This document shows, in pieces, positions 25,500 to 38,969 of a DNA stretch of 64,000 nt. Below the pieces are notes generated by a model that searched no databases, was not told where the DNA came from, and was given only the letters and a program-made list of their open reading frames with translations. The stretch is from Amoeboaphelidium protococcarum X5. Taxonomy: Eukaryota; Fungi; Aphelidiomycota. Each line of letters starts with the position of its first letter. Position 1 is the stretch's first letter. The stretch spans positions 294,371-358,370 of the forward strand of contig JALDTO010000235.1 of NCBI GenBank assembly GCA_023515725.1. Direction: 5' to 3'. A program made the position numbers and the translations under genes.

Positions 25500-27180
25500 C
25501 GTTCCAGTGATTATAATCAGCAAACTGCGCTAACTAATTTTCAAGATGAGTAGCTACAAGAAGACTCAATGGTTCTGAGACTGATAAAGGTACTGTGACA
25601 CTTGAAGTGCTTTAGTAGTATTGGAACTTAATCGTCTGCAAATGAAGCTCTTGTGGCTGTCGAGGAGTATATCAATCTCAAGGCTCCCAGTAATGCAAGT
25701 AACATCGATGCTAAAATCAGAAATAAGCTAAGTGATGACAAGTATCATTCTGCCGTGCAATTTGTTGTCCAGATGGAAGAGTGGTTTGATGACTTGACTG
25801 ATTGTGGCTATGCAGTTGTTCAACTTGTGGCTTTGATGTTGCCTTTGTCTAAGTATATAACGAAGTTCGCAAGATGGTGATGAGTCTTAACATTAACGTT
25901 ACTAACAAATCTGACGAGCTGGTGGAAAATTTTATTCTAGCTGGCTTAAAAAAATCAATTCTGCGCACTGATAATATGGCATTGTTAGAGTAATAGTGTA
26001 ATCGTCCGGATGCGTCCTCCCCGGTGTCCAGTGACAAGCCGCGTCAGGTTGCTGTTGCATAATCGCACCATATGCAATTGAAGTACCAGATCACTTGATT
26101 ACTGCTGAATTTTCCATTTATGTCGCACCGTTTAAGAGTCGTCAACTTACCTTAAAATGTGTGATTATCCTAAGCTGGAGGCTTATTGTACGGAATGTCA
26201 CAGGTAACGAAAACAGTGCTGGCCACTCATTTGGATGACATGGATGGATCGAATTTCAGACTTACCTACATGGATGAGTTATATGAATGGATTATTTGGG
26301 TCATATGAACCATGTAATTGGCATAGTCATATGGATATGACTAGTATTACTTTACTTGCTGTGAAGAGTAACCAACTAATTGTAATGGAATAGTTTCAAC
26401 AACAAGAAAGTCTAGTTTTTGATGAATTAAGAATCCGAAGTAGATTGGATTAGAAAGAAAACATCCGATGAGTTGAGCTTAGATGATTAACACTTAATGC
26501 TGTTGGATGATAAATGGAATTGATCGCTAGCCTGGATAAAAAGTGGTCGGTATAGTTTAGCATTGCAACTTGAGTATTGGCGGTGTCTGGTTCTCGCCTC
26601 ATGTGTTTGTGGTAGAGTAGTTGCCTTTTGACTTAATTCTTGGAAGACCATTTTAGATACACAGCCAATACTAGTAAGAAACTAGTGGAGATGGTACGAC
26701 TGTCATCGGTATGATTGATCCTGAAGATTCTGGCAGACGAGTCCAGATATCTGTGGAAGAGAGTTTTAAGAATGTTCCGGAGCTACTCGATAACAAGGCG
26801 CTCAAGAGTTTACATGCTGCTTGTATCAGGCCTATGGAAATGAATGCTATGGTCAACACCAAGTACAAGAAGGTTGGAGTTAAAGTAAAGCCTGCAATTG
26901 ATTAGAATTACATTCTGCCTAAACCTGAAGGTACTGGTGAGATGTTAGAAGATAAAAGGATCGAGCTGGACTTGGAGATTTGCAGATTGAAGAGCTCTGT
27001 CGTGTAATTAGTGAGAAAATCACACTTAAGTAATGCCAGTTCACTCTAATGGATGACATGAATGGATCGATTTCAGACTTACCTAAATGGATGAGTCATA
27101 TGAGCCAGGTAATGGTCCTACTCATGCGGATATGACTGGAGTAGAAGTACTTAACTTGCTTTGTTAAGTAATCAATGCTC
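25500..27180 (+). mobile_element. Degenerate Ty3/Gypsy-type retrotransposon fragments (gag-like, protease C-terminus, pre-RT linker)
   Basis: SKYITKF...NKSDELVENFILAGLKKSI (gag-like), FDLILGRPF (aspartic protease C-terminus, about 26630) and KYKKVGVKVKPA linker typical of fungal Gypsy pol. Several frameshifts and stops. Confidence 0.6.
26224..27175 (+). repeat. Pair of diverged 135-150 bp direct repeats (26224-26375 and 27042-27175)
   Basis: ggatgacatggatggatcgaatttcagacttacctacatggatgagttatatga versus ggatgacatgaatggatcgatttcagacttacctaaatggatgagtcatatga, with similarity continuing downstream. Confidence 0.75.
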
Positions 27181-28154
27181 TTATTTTCATTACCAACTAT
27201 AAAATTCATCATTCATCTTCTTCAACGGTGGACCCTTCCGCACCTGAATCAGTATTCATTTCATCACAACTTTCTGTTACAGTGTATCGACACGTATTAG
27301 ACTTTGTCGACATTCCACCGATCTACAAACTCGTCTGGACTACCAGAGCCACTGCTTCCCAGTGAGCTGCTTTCAATGCAGTCTTACAATTAGCGGTTCA
27401 TATACAATGATATGAACTTGAAGGATATTGGACTCGAACAGCATTAGATGTTGACCACCAATACAAGCTTTGACGCGCTTAGTCGGCCTTATACTGTACA
27501 AAAAAGTACCGGTAGAAGGGCTGATTATCATGAGATCAGTTAGACAGACCGACAGAGTTGATACGGCAACACGCGTGTGCTTTGAAACGGTTGGATGCGA
27601 TTGAGCAGAAACGACCCACAGTTTTAGTCATGGAAGTCATATGGTAAATTCAAACCTCTCATGGCTTGTGACATGATTATATGAATAGTGACATCTATAT
27701 GAATGGATATGGAATATAAGCCATTTAATTTCCCAGCACTGTACCATGCCATACAAATACCATACTTATCTAGCCTTGGTTACGTACAGTCTACTTTGAG
27801 TCTAAATTTCGTGATCTTTTGAACTGAATTAATAATTACTCATGTTGTGTTACATATTACTTTTTCAGCCCGTGTCATAAACTGTATGTTCACTATCGTG
27901 ATTATATACCAGGCATTGACATTGCTAAAATGTTTTATTTGGGTGCGAACAAATGTCTCTCTACTTCAAGGATCTGAGCTTTTTGACAACCAATGTATTA
28001 CAAAGTAGCTATTTTTAGCCGGATGGTGATTTACACATCTGTTGAGTGCAGTCAAACGTCTTTTCATCTTCACAGTAATCAAGTGCATTAACTATTACTA
28101 TTGACTTAATTTTATTTAATTGCTAAATTGTTTAGCGTAATTCATTAACAGTTA

Positions 28155-31100
28155 ATGCTCGTATCTGTTATTCTTGGCATCTGCTCGATTGTAACAACGG
28201 TGGCCTGTGATTATGCCAATGTGTCATGGGTCGGCACGCTTTCTAACAATTGGCTACAGTACATTGACACTGTGACTGACCCCAATGGTGACTTCATTGT
28301 ATCTTATTGGTACACCGGTGTTCAATCTCAGTTTGTCAACTCATTTGGTGGTGCTGTATAAAACACGTAGAATTTCTATTTTGGGTTGTATTCGTCCTCT
28401 TTTGTAAAAGTAAGTGGGACAACTGGTTAGATACTGTGGACAGTATCCATGTCTGGCTATTAAGGTGCTTATAGTTATCAGCTGACTACTGACAATCAAG
28501 GCAATCTGATTGCCGGTGGACAACTTTACGCTGGCGTTGAGGATTTGAATTTTTATTTCAATGGGGCGTTAGTTTATACTCTGCCATATAGCACAACGTC
28601 ATCATGGCACGCTAAATGGTCGTCAGCTGGTCAATTGCAGTGGGCCGGTTTTCAATCTAATGAGTTTCCTACAATTACGGGACTTGCATCAGATTCTGGT
28701 AACAACATTTTTCAAATATCATAAGCTAGCCAGACTCTGTCATATACTTACGGTGGATTTAGCTTTAGTCCCACAACTTCTGTCTGCAATTTGCGAAAGG
28801 TAAATCCTAGTGGTGTTTAGTAATGGAAAGTCAATATTGGGTATGCTGCCGTGGTAACGTGTAGCTCAGCGATTGCGGTGTCTTAGTCAACTGGTGATAT
28901 TTATGTTGCTGGATCGTTCACTTTTGGAGACACCGTGTAGAATGGCTACAAGACTCCAATTGGCTTACTTGGTGTCCGTGATTCTACTAACCAGCTTTTC
29001 ATCACCCAACAAAGCAATATGACTCTGAAGTCAGCTTTGTTTCTGGCCAAGTTTAATAGCAATGGTGTCTTTTAGTGGCTGGTGCGTATAGACGATTCGT
29101 AACCGTCACCATCCGCTTTGAGTGTATCACCCAATGGAAATGTCGTCCTGGTTGGTTCGTATCAGAACACAGCCTCACCTCTTAAATTCTATGATACTAA
29201 CGGCTAATTGGTCCGCAGTGTAAATCCTGCTCGAGTAATGCTAAGTGGCTTTGTGGCGACCTTCGGTTCATCTGGTACAATAGTTTACGTTGCGACCATG
29301 GACGGATCAGGTGATGATTATGCCTACCACAGTGCAGTTGGAGCTGACTCTAATGTCTTTGTGGGATTATACTCTTCATCAACGTCTATTGCCATGATTG
29401 ACGGATTAGGAAATAGCTAAAATATTGCAGCATCTGCGTCAAGTATATTGAAGTTCAGTCCATCTGGTAAGTTTCTGTATAGCTTTCGCGGCAGTAGTGG
29501 TATTTCGGGCAGTAATATACTAAAAGGTTTTAACAACAGTCTGATTTTTGCTGGAAGCTTTAGTGGTGCGTAAAAATTCTTGGATAGCTCCTCCGATAAG
29601 GGTGTGGATTTGCCGACAACTGGTGGAGGTATGGTATTTGCAAAGTACTTGGACTATGTGTAAACGCCAACTACCACTACAACAACAACAACTACTAGTA
29701 CTACCACAACTACCACTACAACTACTACCACTACGACTACGACAACTACTACAACTACATCGACCACGACCACGACAACTACAACCACGACACCTACTAC
29801 GACTACCACAACTACCACAACGACAACAACAACTACTACCACTCCTACTACAACGACGACCACCACCACTAGTACGACAACTACTACGACGACCACAACA
29901 ACGACCACAACAACGACTACGACGACGACTACTACCTCTACTACAACCACGCCTACTACGACTACAACTACAACCACCACCACGACGACTACCACAACGA
30001 CACCCACTAGTACTACGACAGTCATGAGCACAGGATTATATGGCAGTAGTATAATAAGTCACATAACCTCTACTTCGTCTCAAGGTGAGAGTAAAGTTAA
30101 TACTTTGCCAACGTCGTCTGAATTTGGTCTTAAAAGTACCGCTAGTTTGGTGAGTTATACTACTCAAGTGATGTTTACGTTGAAGTCTGCTGAACATAGC
30201 TCCAGATCTGGAGGCAGTATAAGCATAAGTGATGGCGAAGCAGGATAAGTGTAGCCTGGTACTTAGTCTTCTATGATGACACTGTACATTGTTGTCATTG
30301 CGATTGTCTGCTTTTTGATTTTAGTGTTTGTTCTGCTGTCAATGTATTGCATTAGGCGCAGATACATCAAAACTCGAATGCTTTCCTCACGAATGAAGAA
30401 CAAGACATCAAGTAGTGCTGCTGGTACAACTGAACAATCATATAGCACGGTAATAGGCGCTGCGACTCAAGTAGTGGGAACTTTGATGAGTGGGACAACG
30501 TTTATGAACACGTCGATGGAAGTTGCGGTGCCTGCATATTTGGAGTTGAAGCGTGATCTAAATTTCAGAATGGTGCCGAACTCCTTCATTAATAAAGGTG
30601 GTTAAGCTGAGATTTAGGTTGCTGAGATTTTGTCGTATCCACCTGGACATCCTTTTGCTTCAACTGGTACTAAATTCGTAGCTGCTAAGTGTTTTATTGG
30701 CAAGGTGTAGCGTGATAGCGTTAAGTAGGAGATTGCTCTCATGTGGAGATTTAAAGACTATGACCAGATTGCAAAGCTGGTGGGATTTGATGGTTAAAAT
30801 AATGTCTTGCTCATGCTAAATTACGAACTTGGTTCGTTAGAGTAGCTTATTCTGAATCAAGCTCAACCGGTGGATTACTCTTTTGAATTGCAGGCAATGT
30901 TATGCTTTGACGTTATTACCGCATTAGTGGTCCTTCATTAGAATGCTGTGGTCCATAATGACGTCAAGTCTGGCAATTACTTACTGTATCAAGACGTTAA
31001 TGGCGCTTTGAGAGCGTCTCTGACGGACTTTGGTATCTGTACGCTTCAATCACAAGCCAATGTCGTGTAAGGCATAGAATGGAATCGACTACAAGGCCAC

Positions 31101-31412
31101 ACTGTCTCTTATGCTGCACCTGAGGTTCTTGCGAGATCATTGGTACCTGAGCAGCTTCTTCCTGCAAGAGATGTTTATGCTGGTGCTGTGGTCATGTTTG
31201 AGATTTTAGCGCGTATGAAAGCGTGGAGCGGCTATAAAGCAACTCAAGTCACTGAGATGGTCCTTCAAGGTTTGAGACCCGAGGCTTAATTTCTGAATAA
31301 TCGTGCTCTAATGCTTTTCCAGGTTGTTCATCTTGCTTGGGCTCAAGATCCTTTCATGAGGCCCGTTGCTGCGGCTATTGCCAACGAAATTCAGAAGCTC
31401 GCATATTCTTGA
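28155..31412 (+). CDS. Propeller receptor kinase copy B (1085 aa), non-RD kinase
   Basis: Signal peptide, seven propeller repeats, poly-Thr 29670-30020, TM LYIVVIAIVCFLILVFVLLSMYCI-RRR, kinase VAAK, HNDVKSGN, DFG, YAAPE; no internal TGA found. Confidence 0.92.
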
Positions 31413-31770
31413 TGATTTAAATGATGATGATTTAATACAATGTTTTAATGCTTTGATGTGGTTTCAACATTTAAATTTTGTTAAGTGTACAGCAATGGGA
31501 ATACGTTGTGCAATGTATTAACAATACGCCATATTTCTTACCAGAAGTGCTGCACTACTCTAGAGTTCCACTGAATCTATTTTTGGCCTGATGACGATTC
31601 GTACATTGATTTGTTAGCCACGTTGCCATCTTCTACAGAGCCCATGCATTCTTATCATCAACTAATCCTGATACATAAAATATAATTAGCTGATAATAAG
31701 CTAAACTCAATATTGCTGATATTAATAAAATAAGCTAGATATTGAATCAATTCAAATTATCAACTATCTA

Positions 31771-34700
31771 ATGCACGCGTTTGTGATTCTTCTCATCTGC
31801 TGCTTTGCATCGACTGCCTTGTGTGACTATGCTAATGTATCATGGATTGGCACATTATCAAGCTACGATTACTACATTGGCACTGTCGCCGACATTAATG
31901 GTGATTTCATTGTATCATATCGACACAACTCCATTTAATCACAGTTTACTACTACTTTTGGCGGTGCTGTCTAAAATACTCAGAATATCTATGTTGGCAC
32001 GCAGTACTAGTGTTCATTTGTGAAAGTAAGTGCAACGACTGGCTAAATTTTGTGGACGATTTCCATATCAGCCTCGTTCAATATTTTCTGCTATCAGCTC
32101 ACTACAGACAATGCTGGCAATCTTATAGCCGCAGGTTTTCTTTCTCCTGTCCCAACTGATTTGATGTTTTATCGTAATGGAGTATTGGAGTATACTTTGC
32201 CATAAGGTTCGGCAACATGGTATGCTAAGTGGTCATCATAAGGTATATTTTAGTGGGCTAAATTTGCACCTTTTGATTTGCCGTTGATTTAAGGACTTGC
32301 TGTTGATTCTAGCAATAACATCTTTCAACTCTCGTATGCTAGCTAAGCGCTCTCTTACTCGTATGGTGGGTTTTCTTTTGCTCCAACCACTACTGTCTGC
32401 AATTTGCGCAAGGTAGACCCCAGTGGTAATCACTTGTGGCAAGTTAATATTGGGTATGCTGCCGTAACAATGTGCAATTCTGCTATCGCTGTGTCGTAAT
32501 CAACTGGCGATGTTTATGTTGCCGGAACATTTACGTTTGGAGACACTGTGTAGAATGGTTATAATACTCCAATTGGCTTACTAGGCATTCGTGATTCCTC
32601 CAGCTAGCTCTATGTTACTCAGCAAAGCAATATGAATACGAAATCGGCCCTATTTCTGGCCAAGTTTAATAGCGCTGGTGTCTATTAGTGGTTGGTTCGT
32701 ATTGACGATTCTCAACCTAATCCAGCCGCTCTTAAAGTCTCACCAAATGAAAATGTAGTTCTTGTAGGTGATTATTAGAACACAGCTTACCCTCTTCGAT
32801 TCTACGATAAAAACGGATAATTAGTCCGGAGTGTAAATCCCAGTCGAGTTATGCTTAGTGGTTTCGTGGCGTCCTACAGCTCAGCAGGTTCTCTAATCTA
32901 TGTTGCGACAATGGACGGACCTAATGATGATAAAGCGGTCCATATTGCAGTTGACGATTATTCAAATGTATATGTGGCAGCAAGGCTTTGGCCCTCTGTT
33001 GTTCTTACTGACGGGCTAGGAGTCAATTAAATTATTCCTGCATCTCAGTCGACTGTATTGAAGCTAAGTCCAGCAGGTAAATTTCTGTATAGCTTTCGTG
33101 GTTCATGGGGTTCCAATGGTATAACTATCCATAATATTCTGAAGGGCTTTAACAATAGCTTAATTCTGGCTGGTAATTTTGGCGAGCCTGCGTCACTATC
33201 TGATAGTCTCAACAATTATTATTTGGGGTTGCCTACCTCCTCTCGCGGTATAGTTGTCGCAAGGTATGTGGACTTCGTCTCTGCTCCCACTACCACAACA
33301 ACAACCACGTCGACAACTACCACCACCACTACGACTACTACAACTACTACGACAACTACGACAACTACATCGACCACGACCACGACAACTACAACCACGA
33401 CACCTACTACGACTACCACAACTACCACAACGACAACAACAACTACTACTACTCCTACTACAACGACGACCACCATCACTAGTACGACAACTACTACGAC
33501 GACCACAACAACCTCTACTACAACCACGCCTACTACGACTACAACTACAACAACCACCACGACGACTACCACAACAACACCCACTAGTACTACGACAGTC
33601 ATGAGCACAGGATTATATGACAGTAGTATTATAAGTCACATAACCTCTACTTCGTCTCAAGGTGAGAGTAAAGTTAATACTTTGCCAACGTCGTCTGAAT
33701 TTGGTCTTAAAAGTACCGCTAGTTTGGTGAGTTATACTACTCAAGTGATGTTTACGTTGAAGTCTGCTGAACATAGCTCCAGATCTGGGGGCAGTATGAG
33801 CATAAGTGATGGCGAAGCAGGACAAGTGTAGCCTGGTACTTAGTCCTCTATGATGACCCTATACATTGTTGTCATTGCGATTGTCTGCTTTTTGATTTTG
33901 GTGTTGGTTCTGCTGTCAATGTATTGCATTAGGCGCAGATACATCAAAACTCGAATGCTTTCCTCACGAATGAAGAACAAGACATCAAGTAGTGCTGCTG
34001 GTACAACTGAACAATCATATAGCACGGTATTAAGCGCTGCGACTCAAATAGTGGGAACTTTGATGAGTGGTACAACGTTTATGAATTCTTCGATGGAAGT
34101 TGCGGTTCCTGCTTATTTGGAGTTGAAGAGTGATTTGAACTTTCGAATGGTACCCAATTCCTTCATTAATAAAGGTGGATAAGCTGAGATTTAGGTTGCA
34201 GAGATTTTATCATATCCGACAGGGCATCCGTTTGCTACAAGTGGTACAAGATTGGTTGCAGCTAAATGCTTCATTGGCAAAGTGCAGAAGGATAGCGTTC
34301 ATCAGGAAATTGCTTTAATGTGGAGATTTAAAGACTATGACCAGATTGCAAAGCTGGTGGGATTTGATGGTTAAAATAATGTCTTGCTCATGCTAAATTA
34401 CGAACTTGGTTCGTTAGAGTAGCTTATTCTGAATCAAGCTCAACCGGTGGATTACTCTTTTGAATTGCAGGTAATGTTATGCTTTGACGTTATTACCGCA
34501 TTAGTGGTCCTTCATTAGAATGCTGTGGTCCATAATGACATCAAGTCTGGCAATTACTTGCTGTATCAAGACGTTAATGGCGCTTTGAGAGCTTCTCTGA
34601 CGGACTTTGGTATCTGTACGCTTCAATCACAAGCCAATGTCGTGTAAGGCATAGAATGGAATCGACTACAAGGCCACACTGTCTCTTATGCTGCACCTGA

Positions 34701-34989
34701 GGTTCTTGCGAGATCATTGGTACCTGAGCAGCTTCTTCCTGCAAGAGATGTTTATGCTGGCGCTGTGGTCATGTTTGAGATTTTAGCGCTTAAAAAGGCT
34801 TGGGAAGGCTATAAAGCAGCTCAAATCACTGAAATGGTCCTTTAAGGTTTAAGACCGAATGCTCAATTTCAGGATAATCGCTCCCAGATGCTACTTCAAG
34901 TTATTTAAGTCGCCTGGGCTCAAGATCCTTTCATGAGGCCCGTTGCTGCGGCTATTGCCAACGAAATTCAGAAGCTCGCATATTCTTGA
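31771..34989 (+). CDS. Propeller receptor kinase copy C (1072 aa), non-RD kinase
   Basis: Same architecture as B; HNDIKSGN, DFG, YAAPE; single table-6 frame. Confidence 0.92.
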
Positions 34990-35347
34990 TGATTTAAATG
35001 ATGATGATTTAATACAATGTTTTAATGCTTTGATGTGGATTCAACATTTAAATTTTGTTAAGTGTACAGCAATGGGAATACGTTGTGCAATGTATTAACA
35101 ATACGCCATATTTCTTACCAGAAGTGCTGCACTACTCCAGAGTTCCATTGAATCTATATTTAGCTTGATGACGATTCGTACATTGATTTGTTAGCCACGT
35201 TGCCATCTTCTACAGAGCCCATGCATTCTTATCATCAACTAATCCTGATACATAAAATATAATTAGCTGATAATAAGCTAAACTCAATTTTGCTGATATT
35301 AATAAAATAAACTAGGTATTGAATCAATTCAAATCATCAGCAATCTA

Positions 35348-36967
35348 ATGCACGCGCTAGTGATTCTTCTCATCTGCTGCTTTGCATCGACTGCCTTGTG
35401 TGACTATGCTAATGTATCATGGATTGGCACATTGTATAGCAATCTGTTTTAATACAGCGCCACCGTTACAGATCCTTTTGGTGATTTTATTCTACTACAT
35501 CGATATGCTGCCGGTCAATCCTCGTTTTCCACCACTCTTGGTGGTGCTGTCTAGAGTACACAGAATTTTGTTTCTGGATCTCTACCTTTTGCATTTCTGA
35601 AGATTAATGGGTAAACTGGCTAGATCTAGTGGACTGCATCCGTTGACTGCAGTACTGGTGTTTTCAGCTGGCAATTGACCACAGACAATTAAGGTAATCT
35701 CATTGCATCAGGTTTCGTTTTTGGTGTTGCTGCTCTCAGATTTTATCTCAATGGAGTATTAGTCTAGACTTTGGCATAGAGCACAACAACTCCATGGCAT
35801 GCTAAGTGGTCGCCGGCGGGTCAATTTTTGTGGGCCCAATTTCTACCTGCTGATCTTTAAAGGATTACCGGACTTGCAGTTGATTCAGCTAACAATATCT
35901 TTCAAATGTCGTAGGTTAACCAGGCTCTTTCATATACTTATGGAGGATTTAGCTTCAGTCCAACAACTACCGTCTGCAACTTGCGCAAGGTCAATCCAAG
36001 TGGTGTTGAGCTGTGGAAAGTCAATATTGGGTATGCTGCCGTAGTAACATGTAACTCTGCTATTGCCGTGTCGTAGTCAACTGGCGATGTGTATGTTGCT
36101 GGATCGTTCACTTTTGGGGACACTGTGTAGAATGGCTACAATTCTCCAATTGGCTTATTAGGCATTCGAGATTCGTCATATAATCTCTATATTACTCAAC
36201 AAAGCAACTTAATTTTAAAGTCGGCTCTATTCTTGGCGAAATTCAATAGCGCTGGTGCGTTCTAGTGGCAGGTGCGTATTGACGATTCGTAACCAGTACC
36301 ATCCGCTCTAAGTGTGTCGCCAAATGGAAACGTAGTTCTTGTTGGCTCGTACTAAAATGCAGGATATCCTCTTGGATTTTATGCTGGCAGTGGATAATTA
36401 GTCCGCAGTGTAAACCCCAGTCGAGTAATGCTTAGTGGCTTCGTAGCGACCTACAGTCCAACTGGTTCTCTAGTATATGTAGCGACAATGGACGGAGCTA
36501 GTGATGATTAGGCTGTTGATTGTGCTGTGGACGCTGTCTCCAACGTTTTTGTGGCAGCATAGCTTTCATCGCCTTCTGTTGGTGTAGTTGATGGATTAGG
36601 GAATAGTTAAAGCATTCCATCATCTCCATCAACTGTGCTGAAGTTTAGTCCATCTGGTAAGTTTCTGTATAGTTTTCGAGGTACTGGCATCACCGTTCGT
36701 GATATTCTGAGAGGAATCGACAATAGCTTGATTCTAGCTGGTTAATTCACTAGCGGATCTAAATTATTTGACAGTTCCAACAGTAACGGTTTGGATATGC
36801 CGTGGTCTGGTAGTGGTTACGTGTTTGCAAAGTATTTGGATTATGACTCTACTCCGACAACCACAAGTACTACTACTACAACTACATCAACGACTACTAC
36901 TACTACTACTACTACAACTACGACTACCACGACAACTACTCCAACAACAACTACTACGGCTACGACA

Positions 36968-37017
<50 letters not shown>

Positions 37018-38692
37018 ACCGACTACGACAACTACTACGACTTCGACAACGACAACCACGTCGACAACTACTCCTACGACGACGACGACGACTACTAGTA
37101 CTACAACAGCATCGACAACTACGACGACGACCCCTACTACGACGACAACAACAACAACAACAACCACAACCACGACTACTACTCCGATCTCAATTACCAC
37201 TACATCGACTACTGCGACTGCTACGACAACAACTAGTACTGCGCCGACAACTACCACTGCCACAACGTCGTTTGCTAGTACAACATCATCCGAAGCTCAA
37301 TTAAAAAATCTCGTTAACTCCACCTCATCCTAAATTGCTGTTTATATAAGCTCTGTGACAACTTCTCTGTTATCTGATCCACAGACTACCACTGCGATCT
37401 TGATTAGTTATTCTACATAATTAATTTTCGAGTTTCGCTCGAATTAGTAAAGCTCTAGCATTGCGAATAGTATATCACTCAATGACGACGTAGCAGGACA
37501 AGTATAGCCTGGAGCTTAGTCTTAAATGATGACTCTGTACATTATTGTCATTGTGATTGTGTGCGTTTTGATTATTGCACTGGTTTTACTGTCTATGTAC
37601 TGCATTAGGCGCAGGTACATCAAGGCTCGCATGAGATCTTCCAAGACGCTTTTATCAAGGAATATTGGAGGTATGACTGATCTAACATTAAATGCGGCGA
37701 TTGGTTCGGCGATTTAAACAGGAGGTACGGCGATGGGTGGTACAACGTTTATGAATTCTTCGATGGAAGTTGCTGTGCCAGCTTACTTGGAGTTGAAGCG
37801 TGATTTGAACTTTAGAATGGTACCTAATTCCTTTATCAACAAGGGCGGATAAGCTGAGATTTAGGTTGCAGAGATTCTGTCTTATCCGACAGGGCATCCG
37901 TTTGCTACAAGCGGTACAAAATTGGTTGCAGCTAAATGCTTCATTGGCAAAGTGCAGAAGGATAGCGTTCATCAGGAGATTGCTCTGATGTGGAGATTCA
38001 AGGACTATGACTAGATTGCAAAGTTGGTTGGTTTTGATACTGTGCACAATGTATTGCTTATGATCAATTATGAACTGGGTTCTTTGGAACAGCTTATTCT
38101 GGGCCAAACTTTACTTGCTCAGCAGGTCGATTATTCAATGTAGCAATAGCAAATTTTATGCTTGGACGTTTTCACAGCGTTATGGATCTTGCATTAGAAT
38201 GCTGTGGTCCACAATGATATAAAGTCTGGTAATTACTTGGTGTAGCAGGATTCTAATGGCTTTGTGAGAACTGTACTGACAGATTTTGGTATTTGTACTC
38301 TACTTTCGCGGGCGAACGTGGTTTAGGGCATGCAATGGAATCAGCTGAAAGGACACTCTGTAATGTATGCTGCACCAGAGGTTTTGTCTAAGCTACAAGT
38401 TCCAGAGCAGCTTCTCCCTGCAAGAGATGTATATGCTGGTGCTGTGGTGATATATGAGATTTTGGCGCGTAGAAAAGCATGGGACGGCTATAAAGCAGCG
38501 TAAGTGAGTGAAATGGTACTGCAAGGTTTAAGACCGGATGCATCATTTCAGGATTATCGTGTGCAGCTGCTCTTTCAGATTATTTAACTTGCTTGGGCTC
38601 AAGATCCTCAAATGAGGCCTACTGCGGCAGCTATTGCTGGTGAGCTATAAAACATTCCACCAGTAGAATACACGACGGCACTAATGTAATGA
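35348..38692 (+). CDS. Propeller receptor kinase copy D (1114 aa), non-RD kinase
   Basis: Same architecture; HNDIKSGN, DFG, YAAPE; single table-6 frame. Confidence 0.92.
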
Positions 38693-38969
38693 ATGAATGA
38701 TAAAATATATGATTGATTGTTTAAAAGCATTTATTTATTACTTCATCCCCAGTAACTTAAGTTGTAAGAGGGAATATCGTGCAGCTGTCAATGGAGAAGC
38801 AATGCTGGCCACAACAATACTTCAACTAGATTAGATAATCAACGGGATAGTGATATACATTGTTGCATTTAAAAGATAAACGGTGAAATTTACAATAATA
38901 ACGGTCACGTGACAACTATAAAGCGTGCACTATCATTGATTAAAGAAAATAATGTATTGAAATTTCAAA

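Noticed and set aside
27200-27630. Possible minus-strand coding remnant ending in an acidic tail
   Set aside because: Interrupted by TGA, with no start or recognisable domain; left as part of the degenerate region.
29654-30031. Poly-valine ORFs (also 33219, 36841, 51316, 61229) and Leu/Gln/Arg-rich ORFs over the same tracts
   Set aside because: Antisense or shifted-frame shadows of the ACN poly-Thr stalks.
38904-38913. Perfect GTCACGTGAC (CLEAR/Cbf1-type E-box); similar site near 13639
   Set aside because: Lies between two convergent 3' ends, and isolated 8-10 bp matches are not enough evidence of function.
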